A stretch of 64,000 nucleotides of DNA, from contig NC_043007.1 of assembly GCF_006345805.1 (NCBI RefSeq), forward strand, positions 29,450,001-29,514,000, written 5' to 3'. The number at the start of each line of letters is the position of its first letter. Positions within the stretch are counted from its first letter, which is position 1. The stretch is from Octopus sinensis. Its lineage: Eukaryota. A program made the translations under genes and the position numbers. A model generated the notes under the pieces. That model did no database searches and was not told the DNA's origin. It saw only the letters and a list, made by a program, of their open reading frames with translations. Positions 12,280 to 24,079 of this stretch are shown here, piece after piece.

Positions 12280-12583
12280 CAAACTGAAGGTCAAGCTTAA
12301 CAGAATCTATTGGATTGTAGTACACTACAGTGGTGCATACAGTCACATGGCCGTGTGTGTATGGCGCGTGCGTAGAGGTAGACTTCTGTTAGATAACACT
12401 GCCATAGCTGCTGTATACACTCAGGCACGCAGCGTGTATAACTGTGTCAAATTATGTATGTATTTGTGTGTGTGAGTATGTATGTACGCATTTATACATG
12501 TAAATTATTCTACACCCATAGATACACGTGAATTAGGTGATTAAATCATTGTAAACATACAAACACACTTGCATATACACATC

Positions 12584-12675
<92 letters not shown>

Positions 12676-13233
12676 GTATATATATGTATATATATACAGA
12701 CACACACACATATATAGTATGCTAGTAGACGTTAAGTATGTTCACAGATTTTACATACATACATTCATATACATACATTCATATACACACATATACACAC
12801 ATACTGCACACACTGCACACGCACGTACATAGATATAGGTATGTATGTGTGCGCATGTGTGTGTGTAAGAGAGAGAGAGGGGGAGTGTGAGAGAGTGAGA
12901 GAGAGAGATAAGAGTAGGTAATAACAAACACGTCACTTTATCTCTCAGGTTACGCCCTCCTTACTTCCTTTCTCTCTTCCTTCTCCCTCTGTCATTTTCC
13001 TTCACTTACTCTTCCTTCCCCCCTCACATTACCCATCAGTCCCCTCATTACCTGGCATCTCTCTCCTCCTCTTTCTTCTCCCTCTCTAACTCTACTTTCA
13101 CTTTCCATTTTACACTTCATTTCGTTCGTCTCTCTATTGTTATAAACTCATCATTTCTTCACTTTTCCTTCTCTCTTTCTCTCTCTGTCTGCCTGCCTCC
13201 CTTTCCATTCTTTCTTTCTTTCTTTCTTTCTTC

Positions 13234-13285
<52 letters not shown>

Positions 13286-13363
13286 TTTCTTTCTTTCCAT
13301 ACTGTCAATGTGTGTGACTAAATTCAAAGTAATTTAGTCGGTTCTTTACAGATTCTATTGTGC

Positions 13364-13431
<68 letters not shown>

Positions 13432-13494
13432 TAATAATAATATTAATAATGATGATGATGATGATGATGTTAATGATGATGATAATAATAGTAA

Positions 13495-16030
13495 TTTCTT
13501 TTATTTGCTACCAGGACGACGGCTGAGAGGAGACATTGCAAAGGCAGACATAAAATGTGGAATTTATACAGAATGAAATAAGAAAATAAAACGAATCGAC
13601 GGTCGACATTAAAAATATGAGAAAGAAGCACACATTGTATATATCAGTAAAAAGAAAAAAAAAGACAAAAGAGTAAAAGACGATGGGTCCATTTTGATAC
13701 AGGAGGACCTCTAGGGCGAGCTGAGGAACCCCATCCTCCAATATGTCCCTGAACACCAAGGATAAGTACCCTTTCCATTTCTTGTTCTCCAACTCATAGT
13801 TTTATATACTTTTGCCATTTTTGTTCAGTCGAGGATAGCACCCCCCTCCCTACCCTCACTGACCTTTTCAAGTAAAACTTGAAAAAGTCGATGAAGGCTT
13901 TATTAAAGAGGAATGTCTTTGACCTCTGACCTTTCAGATTCGCCCACCAGATAATTTCTGTTGTAATAGCCACGAGACAAAGAAAAGCTACCTTACCTTA
14001 AAGGAAGCGGGTGGGGCAGTCTTCACTGTGGACTTGGCCGATTGACGGGTCAGTCCTACAGACAACGATAGATGTTAGACATAACCCCACAAGTTAGCAA
14101 TGCCCGGACATTGAACGAGTGCATGCAGAACTGCTTCGTTACTCTTCGGGCATCACGGACAAGGCCGTAGCTATAGAGTTTATGTCGAACCGACAGAGTC
14201 TCTTAATAGCACCGCCGGGACAGGAATTCCCGGATATTATCTACGATAGTCCACGACTGGAAAGTCCTCTGGAACAGACTAACCAGTTCATTATCGTCTC
14301 CATCCTGTCGCCTAGAGTCTCCTCAGGAACGTCGTCCCATTTCCTCGCTCCTAATCCTCTATATATTGCTGAACTGGAACACCCACCGATCCCATTGCTC
14401 GACTGGTAAAGGGCCGTGAGCGCTTGACGACATTCTAGGTACCAGGCGCCCATTCTCGGTCTTTCCTTCATCCAGGACTGCAGTTTCGTCAAGGGGATGA
14501 GCTCGAGAGAGACGTGCCTCGTGAACGGCGCCAACACACGATCACTGATTTGTAATTTCTGCAGGTGGTGCAGCCTAAGAGTGCACCTGCACATCTCAGC
14601 AACAGGAAATGCTTAAGCTGCTACGCAAAGGATGCTGGCAGCAGACTACCTGTCTGAGCATTGGGACACGACTCATCTACAAGAAAATAAATAACAGACG
14701 CTTCATCCTGATGAAGCCGTAGCTGGGGCAAAGCATGATTGTCAGGCGATAAATAATAACGGCAGCAATGAAGGCCCTTCGCCTCCTCTGCCTGCCTTTT
14801 CCTCTCTGCCCATTTCTGGGTAAGTCTGGTCACCCTGTTGGTCATCCATTCTTATTCACCTGGAGGTCGGGACCAAACTAGATTCCGAGTAGTTTAATTG
14901 CTTCGTCAGCTCAGCATCCAACAACACCGTCCGATGGTATGGACCTGCCTCTCCAGGTGGCCAACCATAAGCCTACGGATTTATTTGCGTTGATCCTGGC
15001 CTCTGTCAGCGGCTCATATTCATTTCGAAAGGTGTACGTCGATACAGCCCTCCCGAGTCCCACTTCGATTGAGATGCTCCTCAACTGTTCCAACTTCCGC
15101 AACAATGGCTCGAGAGCCAGCACGTACAGAAGAAGCGAGAGCGGGCAGTCCGGACGGACTGAGCGTACGATGTGAAACGGTTCCGATAGATAGCTGTTTA
15201 CTTTGACCACCGAGCAGGTGCCGCTGTACATTTCTGCGATCCAGCCCCTGTAAACGGGTCCGAACCCGGCCAATTTCTGGACGGCTTCCAAGTAAAGATG
15301 GTCGACGCTATCGAACGCTTTAGACTGATATAAAATTGATCTGGGCCTCACCGAAGCCAATTTTCGAACCTGCTCTCTTTATTATGTATCACACAAGGTG
15401 GAAGTTGCTGTGGAAAGACATATTTGGGATCGTGCATGTTCGCACTTCTCCGGCCAGACTACCGACGACAAGCACCAACCTTTTTGCGAATACTTTGGTC
15501 AACATCTTAAACTTTGTGTTTAGTAGAGTTATGGGTCGAAAATTCCCTAGCACGCCATTGTAGGCATCCTTTCTCAGCAGCGTTATCACACCCTGACTAA
15601 AAGCACTAGGAATTTTCTCCTGTTCTGCTGTTACGGTAGACGGTCATCCAAACCAGGCCATTTGAAATTTGTGGAACCGCTCATCAACCCGCGTATTTCA
15701 GCGGCCGTTATCGACTTTTCGCAGAATTTCGCATCGACTGCCGAGAACTGCGGCAGGCCGTTTAGGTATGAAACATTTCAGTCACTGACCCAGCCCTCTT
15801 CGAACAGTTGTGCAAAGTGCTGCTGACAAGCTGCACACGTCTACTCGGAATCGAGTAGCACGTGCCCGTTTCGCGCGGTCAAAGACCTGATCGCGGTTTT
15901 GTTGCCACGTCGTGTTCCTACTGTTAGGGCCCATCGTACGGCTTGAGTTACTTCATGTTTGAACGCACGGACCTTAACTCTGACAGCGCAGTCTTCGCGT
16001 TTTGCCACGAAGAATTCTCAAGGGCCATTC
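13495..16030 (-). mobile_element. 5'-truncated, degenerate Tx1-clade (L1-like) LINE, ORF2 RT and C-terminus plus 3'UTR
   Basis: Minus-strand fragments NFRPITLLNTKFKML, DQSKAFDSVDH, SVRPDCPLSLLLY, and a C-terminus homologous to 39322-40918. 3' end aataaaagaaa is followed by (TTA/TCA)n. Confidence 0.85.
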
Positions 16031-16416
16031 TCGAAGATAGCAAAATTTTTAATTTCCCAATATTTGTTTATTTTCAAAATTATTGTTGTTGAAATTTATA
16101 CTGTCGTCTGATTCTAAAGCAGCGACATAACTCGTCGCCCCCCCCCCCATCACAGACTCTTCCGCTGCGTTCTGGAAACGCTCCTCACTCTCTCCATTTT
16201 CTCTGTATCGTCTGATATTTTCCCCATGCAGGGAGAAAACAAAAACTTAAACCGAGACGTCCCCTACCCAATGGGCGAGTTAAGCTAAACAACTCCTTTT
16301 CCAAGATGGCGTAATTTCCAAAACTGAATGCAACACTTTATCGTGATTTATACTCGATTTGTTTACAAAATTTACTGAACCGAAGTCAACCGTGGCTTGT
16401 CTGACTGTCGGCCAGC

Positions 16417-16659
16417 AGAGAACTGAGGAGACTGTGGAAGGCCAAGGTAACATTTATTCCTGTAGAAATAGGTGCGCTTGGCACAATACCTAAACTGCTA
16501 CCTGAAAGAAATTGGAATTAAAACTCGCATTGTCGACCATCAGAAAAGTACCATTCCATATTCTGCAAGAATCCCAGGAGAGATTCTTGAGATTAGCGGA
16601 GACTTGTCGCCAAATCTCAAAATAAAATAGCTGTTAACTAAATTAGCAGGCATTAGCGA

Positions 16660-16660
<1 letters not shown>
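16417..16660 (+). mobile_element. Dong/R4-type RLE LINE 3' fragment
   Basis: ELRRLWKAKVTFIPVEIGALGTIP; 3'UTR runs into (AAT)n. Confidence 0.7.
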
Positions 16661-16711
<51 letters not shown>

Positions 16712-16796
16712 TAATAATAATAATAAAATAATAATAATAAAAATCGATAGCTATGGGAAGTGAAATGAATAATAATAATTATAATAATAATAATAA

Positions 16797-17950
16797 AGGC
16801 TATATATACAACGTATAGAAGGTGGTAGAGGCCAGGCTATATATACAACGTATTGAAAGTGGTAGAGGCCTTATAAAGCTGGAAAACTATTATAAAATAA
16901 CCACCATAGGACTGCAAAAATACCTACTTCAGAAGCAAGGAAAACTGATACAAATAGCAGCAAAACACGAGCAAAATAAAAAACTGTTCTCAGTATTTAA
17001 GGAAGCTGACAAATACAAACAAGAAATCATACCACCTAACAAATATGAAGAAGAAGAAGAAGAAGAAGAAGAAGAAGAAAGAAGAAGAAGAAGAAGAAGA
17101 AGAAGAAGAAGAGAAGAAGAAGAAGAAAACAACGAAAGCTATAAAACAAATGAAATCCAAACTAAAACTAGAACAGCAACGGACCATGATAAAACGATGG
17201 CAAAAAAAGTCCCCTCATAGCAAATACTGGACTCAACTAAATGCAAAAGAAATAGACAAAGAAAAATCCCAGCAATAGTTGAGAAGTTGAGGACTCAAAG
17301 CATAGACAGATGGATTTTTAATTGCAGCACAAGACCAAAGCCTCCCCACCAGAAATTACCAAAAACATGTAATGAAAAGAAATATTACAAGTAACTGCAG
17401 AATATGTGGAGATGGACAAGAAACAATAAATCATATTATCTCTGGCTGCCCAGTCCTGGCTAAGAAGGAATATATTCACAGACATGACAGAGTTGGAACC
17501 TACATACATTGGAAGCTATGCCAACATTATGGAATAACAACAGAAAAAAGATGGTATAGGCACACACCAGAAAAGGCAACAGAAAACGAGAAAGCAACCA
17601 TACTCTGGGATATGCCAATACACACAGATAGAGAAATTAAGGCCAACAGACCAGATATAGTTGTCAGAGATCATGAAGAAAAAAAATGCTTTCTAATTGA
17701 TGTATCAATACCGACAGATGACAACGTGTCTCTAAAAGAAATGGAGAAACTCTCAAAATACAAAGACCTGGAAATAGAGGTAACCAGAATGTGGAATCTA
17801 AAAACAGAAAAATTCCTATCATAGTAGGGGCATTAGGTATGATAAAAAAAAATTCAGACAAATACATAACAAAAACACCAGGACTTACAAACACATATAA
17901 CATACAGAAAATTGCACTACTGGGCACTGCACACATCCTACGCAGAACAT
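16797..17950 (+). mobile_element. Dong/R4-type LINE, 5'-truncated (family B)
   Basis: CRICGDGQETINHIISGCPVLAKKEYIHRHD (CCHC), ILWDMPIHTDREIKANRPDIVV..IDVSIP (RLE PD-(D/E)xK); (AAT)n at the 5' junction. Confidence 0.9.
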
Positions 17951-17974
17951 TTTCAAGGCTCTTAAGTGGAAATC

Positions 17975-19125
17975 CCTCCTGTAATGATAGGGTGCCAAAT
18001 TTCTGGCTCGCCTCACCCCTGTAAGCACACGAAAAGTTACTCCACTTATTCAATGAAATTATGAGAGGTCCTACCTAAACACCTGACTTGTTAGCAAGAG
18101 GTATTACTTACCTATTCTCGAAGAATAATGAAACCAAATATCCACAAAACTATTGGCCCATAGCATGTCTATTTACCAAGTATAAAAGTTTAACATCCAT
18201 CCTCGTGGAGAAAACATACAAATTTATGGAACAGAACGATATTTTCCCCATTGAATAAAAAGGGTGCCGACGAGGCTCATACAAAGACCAACTCTTAATC
18301 ACTCGCATGGTCCTTGAGAAATGTCATAACAAATGCAAAAATCTCAGTTCCGCCTGGATATCTTCAAAATTTCTCCTGTGATTTCGAAATTCCTGAAGAA
18401 CAACATGTCAGTGTGGAATACGAATCCCCAGTTTTACCACTATAATGGAGTATTGACCACAAAAAAATATTAGTATCAACTGCGGTATTTTCCAAGGTGA
18501 CTCATTTTCAACTTTAATTTTTTGCATAATACCCCTTACAAGTCAATTTAACAGAACAGAGTATGAATATAAAATTGGCGACAAGAAAATAAGTTATCTA
18601 TTTTATATGGATGACTTAAAACTCTATGGCAAAGGCGATAATGAGCTTGAAGGTCTACTACATACTGTGAAAGCATTCAGTGATGACATCAGGATGAAAT
18701 TTGATCTGAATAAGTGTGCCAAGGTCACTTTCCAGAAAGGGAAACTGAAGACTTCAGATTCAGTTGTGTTGGATGTTGACTCGAGCAGGAACAAACTCAC
18801 AAATTCCTCGGAATAAATGAGAAGTCTGGCATTCAACATGCAAGGATGAAAGAGAAGATCAGGAGGGAATGTTACAAGAGAGTTCGAGCAGTCCTAAAAT
18901 CCGAGGTAAATGCACGTAACAAGGTATTAGCCATAAATTCCTTAGCAGTTCCTGTTGTTATTTATATTTCCAGTATGTTTGAACTGGAATATGAGCGAAA
19001 TAACGAGGATTGTCAGGAAAATCCGTAAGCTGCTGACTTGCAATAAGATGCACCACCCAGAGGCAGACGTAGATCGTTTTTACCTACCCGGAGCTCAAGG
19101 AGGTCGAGGCGTGTTCCATTGACGA
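17975..19125 (+). mobile_element. Dong/R4-type LINE RT fragment (family A), degenerate
   Basis: GIFQGDS, LFYMDDLKLY, MKEKIRRECYKRVRAVLKSE; homologous to 52537-54828. Confidence 0.85.
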
Positions 19126-19234
19126 AGAACAACAGCAACCAGATATTCACGTTCGAATCTTGCAGAAGATATTGAGAATGAATATTGTTTGCTGGAATTT
19201 TAAAAATAAACAAAAACGATACAGACTTGAGTCT

Positions 19235-19340
19235 TTTGAATTTCTGCCATTTTGGGGCTTCCTGTTATCGGAGCTAGGTAGCAATCAGCCCCTTTTGCTA
19301 TCATTCCTGGGGCACCTATGACAACAGGTATTGTTGTTGT
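19235..19340 (-). mobile_element. Dong/R4-type RLE C-terminal fragment
   Basis: IPVVIGAPGMIAKGADCYLAPITGSPKMAEIQK, abutting (TTA)n. Confidence 0.6.
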
Positions 19341-19355
19341 TATTGTTATTATTAA

Positions 19356-19387
<32 letters not shown>

Positions 19388-19433
19388 TATTATTATTATT
19401 ATTATTATATTATTATTATTATTATATTATTAT

Positions 19434-19874
19434 TGAGTGAGAGAGCAGTTCATGCCATCAAAGTGACACTGGGGTAAAATATACGAAGTCCAATATACCC
19501 ATCATGACTACCCGTCTGATAAGGGCACACCAGGCACATGCATCACAACCATATGTGTGCGACATGGTGATCTCATATCAAGATAAACTGCACATGACCT
19601 TGCAGGTGGGGCCCAGTTAGAATTTTTCTTCAGGTTGAGTAGCCCATCCTGCTCAAACGGTCCCTGAATAAGGGTTGTTTAAGGATGTTGAAAAAACCAC
19701 CCATGTCTCCAGAGGTGAATTATTCAAACCCCAAAGAATCCCTCTCAACACATGGCTATGATGCTCCCCCACTATTTCTGCTTGTGATCAGAGATGCACA
19801 TATCGTCAGCCACTAAGGGACATGCTCAACTGGTTAAGGTCAAACAACTGACAAGCAAATCTGTGGTATTGAGC
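19434..19874 (-). mobile_element. Non-autonomous (AAT)n-associated retroposon-like repeat, 5'-truncated
   Basis: High identity to 56594-57040, 60171-60374 and 63688-64000; (TTA)n on both sides; no ORF. Confidence 0.75.
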
Positions 19875-19884
19875 TATTATTATT

Positions 19885-20350
19885 ATTTATTGTCTTTGCA
19901 AATCTTCTAACGCTGGAGATTTACTAGGGTGTCAGCTGTTCACTAACAGTGAACTAATGTAACCCCTTATTTTTCGAGCCCCATCCGGAGTATTCGAGCG
20001 GTTCCAAGCAGTGCTCTTTTCTGCAAGCGCTCCACACTTATTACAGCCCCTATTCTTCTGTACTTCTCATGATTTTTACTCACTGTTCCCAGGGCTCAGA
20101 CACTTATTGGTACTACTACCACCTTTTTCAGTGACCACAACTGCTTAATCTTCCAAACTCACCTGTCATATCTATCGACTTCCCTTTCTTCTTTATCGCA
20201 TACCTTGTTGTTAGTTGGGCATGCCATATCTATGATCCAGCATTGTTTGCTTTCTTTCTCAATTAACACTATGTCTTGCTTCCTATTCCCTATCTCATGG
20301 TCGCAGCTAAATCATAAAATCCCACAGGATCTTTGAAAAGTATCCAATCC
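19885..20350 (-). mobile_element. Dong/R4-type LINE RLE fragment
   Basis: KILWDF..CDHEIGNRKQDIVLIEKESKQCWIIDMACP...ALLGTARILR; (TTA)n at both ends. Confidence 0.8.
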
Positions 20351-20368
20351 TTATTATTATTATTGTTA

Positions 20369-20407
<39 letters not shown>

Positions 20408-22389
20408 TATTATTATTATTATCATCATCATCATTACTATTATTCACCCTTGTCTGGAAGGGCTAGTGTGTTGCAGGGGTGACTCATTTGCAGCTGAGTA
20501 GACTGAGGCAACGTGAAATGAAGCGTTTTGCTCAAGAACACGACGCGTAATCGGTCTGAGAATCGAAATCACAACCTCCCGATCGTAAATACTCGCTAAT
20601 TGTACGTAGGTTACAGTCGATACAGTAGAAACAACAAAATGTTGCATGTATTCCATGGTGCACAGCGAATGTTTAGAAGAAAAGGGCATTGCAAAACCCT
20701 GGCTACCCCCGTCCTTATACACATTCCCTGTCCTTGCCAGAACCAACGACCGAAACTGAAGTTTGGGCTTCTAATAGAAAGAAAAAATTTCAAGATTTTT
20801 ATACCCGTCATTTTATAATATTTCTTGGAGGATCAGACTTTCTCGCCCTTCTCTCTTTCTCCTCTCGCCCTTCTCTCTTTCTCCTCTCGCCCTCCTCTCT
20901 TTCTCTTCTCCTTAATTATCTTCCTCTTCGTGTGAAGAGAAACTTCCACGTCGTCAGTCTTTTCCCTATCTTTGACCGCACCACGTCTTACATGAAAGCC
21001 CAGACATAAACGACAGAGGAAGACAAGAAAAAAACTTACAATAGACTCGTACAGTTTGTTCATTGTCAGTTACAATATTTCAAGGCCTCCCTGACCTGAA
21101 TAATCACAACAACAACAACAACTTCTGAATGATGAAACATGTTCCTTCTACTGGAAGTGAAAGAGTAGATATTTCCTGTGCAAAGTACAGTGGCAGCTGG
21201 AAAGATACGACCGAAACGAAATTGGTATTCATACCAAACCTCTTTACTGTCGTTTCCTGATTCAGCTTGACGTCATTGTCAGTGACTTATCTTAGTTGCA
21301 AATGAACCACCTGAAGCATTGGATTGTCTCTGGTTGCCAAATTGTAAAACAATCAGGTTTTTCTGCTTGAATCAAGCTCTTGTTTCCAACCTTATACTAA
21401 ACTAGTTTGGCGCAAATCAACTCATTTTGATGTGTTTGATTCGTGAGAGTTATTCCGAGTCTGCAGACACTGACTCACTGTGTTTCAGTTCGAGAAATGA
21501 CTTTGAGTATAGCGAATTTCTGAGGTTAGACTCAGACGTTCTCCTTCTCTTTCACAGTATATTTGGGTACTGAAAGAACCTTCTTTTTTTCATGCTACAC
21601 ATTGATCCGAGTACGTGACTGATGCTTATTTTATCTAACCAAGAGAGACGATGAAATTTATTTTGTGAAATTTATTTATGTGCTGCCGGACGGTCAGCGT
21701 CAAAGAATTTTTGCAAAGATTGCAAAAGGTGAGGGAGAAGAGAGGGAAGGAAGAGAAGGACGATACATCGAGTTATCAGGAAACTTGGAGACTCGACCAC
21801 GATGTTTATAACTAATGGAACTTCACTAAAGACCATACAGTGGTGCTAAACAGAGCTACAGACAAAAACTACCATTGTAGTGTCAGTGGTGGTGTTGAAT
21901 ATTCGGCCGAAACTCGAACTATAAACAAGCGTAATCGTGGTTGCATGATAAGAAGCTTGTTCCCCAACCACATGGTTCCAGGTTCATTCCCACTGCACGG
22001 CATCTTGGGCATTTGTTTATCCTTCATTTCTAATAATTCTGACATCCGACAAAAACGTTCCTCCTTCGGGCAAACCTTCATCAGCCGTTTCAGTTTTCAT
22101 TCGGAGAGGAAGGTGAGAGCAGGGAAGGTGGTGCTGATTCCTGCCCCCCCCTCCCAGTAAATATTTTGAAATGTTGATTGAAAGGAGAGAATACAGCGCA
22201 TATGTTTGGACCTTCAGTGAGCATAAACCTGCGGAATAACAACAGCTGAGAGATGACATTTGCCCTTGTCAGGATTATTGAGGGTTTCGTGAGACCTTGA
22301 TTTGATCTAAGCCCCGCTATTCTATTAAATGAGGAATTCTTTTGGTTGAATTTTTTATTTCTTACTTTTGTTATATTTTATACGTCATA

Positions 22390-22488
22390 CCCCGCCTTCC
22401 CCGCCTTACCCCACCTTCCCCGCATTCCCCGCCTTCCCCGCCTTCCCCACCTTCCCCGCATTCCCCACCTTCCCCGCCTTCCCCCACC
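22390..22488 (-). repeat. 9-bp minisatellite (AAGGCGGGG-like) x~11, potential G-quadruplex array
   Basis: ccccgcctt/ccccacctt/ccccgcatt units; eleven GGGG tracts on the minus strand. Confidence 0.8.
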
Positions 22489-22638
22489 GTGTGTGGAGTT
22501 TCTGCTGTCTTTTTCTTCATTGAGTCCGCTGGCTTATAAAAAATCATAATCATTATCCCAATTATCACCTGAAGCACAGGCCAAAATTTGGTGGCTGAAC
22601 ACTGTGAATAATGTCATCCCCCAATATATTACTGGTAC

Positions 22639-22845
22639 AAGGCGGCAAGTCGGCAGAATCGTTGGCACACCGGGCTGAATACTTGGCGGCATTTCATCCG
22701 TTTTTACGTTCTTATTCCACGAGAGTCGACTTTGCTGTTTATCCTTTCTGGGTTGATAAAATAAGTGCCATTTGAGAACTGGGGTTGCTGTAATCGACCT
22801 AACCCTCTCTCCTGGAATTACTGGCCTTGTGCCAAAATATGGAAC
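22639..22845 (+). mobile_element. tRNA-derived SINE family 1 (central domain resembles the MetaSINE/Sauria-type core)
   Basis: aaggcggc..ggcagaatcgtt head; gtcgactttgc..ttatcctttc.gggttgataaaataagt core. Confidence 0.75.
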
Positions 22846-23695
22846 CAATATACGGCTGGTACCGATTTTATCGACAGAATCGCCGCCACCACGAAGAAGA
22901 ACGGAAACAAACGGAAATGTTAAAGACTCGTTATTCAACACTGAACGGTTTACCTGAGGCTCTGCCGATTCAGTCCCTGTACAACGCCTAATGACGACGA
23001 CGGCGACGAAGACAACAACAACAACAACGGTTACTGCAGCCATAGCAACGGGAAACAATAACAACAACAACCACAAGCACGATGACGATACCAGTTCTGT
23101 AAAGGTTTCCATAGACAAGAAATATCACATTTCACGTTGCACTAACATCATCATCATCATTATCATCATCACCAAACCTACATCATTACGACGTCATCAT
23201 CATCATCATCATCGTTGTCATCATCGTTTTATTCATTGTATTCTTCGTAGCCGTCGCCATCATCATCATCATCATCACCATCACCATCATCACTGCAATC
23301 ACAGATACCACTTCCTCCCCACCATCGCCCCTACAGTCACCACCGCCACCACCGCCGCCGCCGTCATCATCACTAAACTTGTTACTATCTTTGCTAACCT
23401 TGACCTAGCGATTTCTATTTGGCGCATTTACGCACGTGCGCGCGCGCGCGCGCAAACACATACTTGTACACACGCACACAAACACACACGCACAAACACA
23501 CACACACAAACACACACATACATACACACATGCATACACGCCATATACATATGCGACGCATATACAAAATGCACACACACACACCACAAACAGTATATAC
23601 ACACACACACACATATGCATATACTCACAACATACACGTACACGCATGAACGTTTTACACATCGTATACACACCGTACACACAACACTCAGTATA

Positions 23696-23759
<64 letters not shown>

Positions 23760-23989
23760 GAGGCGCACACAACAGAAATCCAGAATCTTTTCATAGTAAA
23801 AGCAGAGTTGAGCTAAAACCCAGGGAAAGAAGTGATAACACGTGTTTACAAAATGCTGGCCTCTCATTGGTCAATTATCCAAACCCTTCTTTCTGACGTC
23901 ATTATCTTATCGTCTGCAAAACATGTCAGTTGCAAGCTTGCAGCTGATGTGATCCAGTACAATGTCGGTTTTTATCACAGAATTACAAC

Positions 23990-23992
<3 letters not shown>

Positions 23993-24076
<84 letters not shown>
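23993..24076. repeat. (CAG)~28 microsatellite
   Basis: Perfect trinucleotide run in non-coding context. Confidence 0.95.
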
Positions 24077-24079
<3 letters not shown>

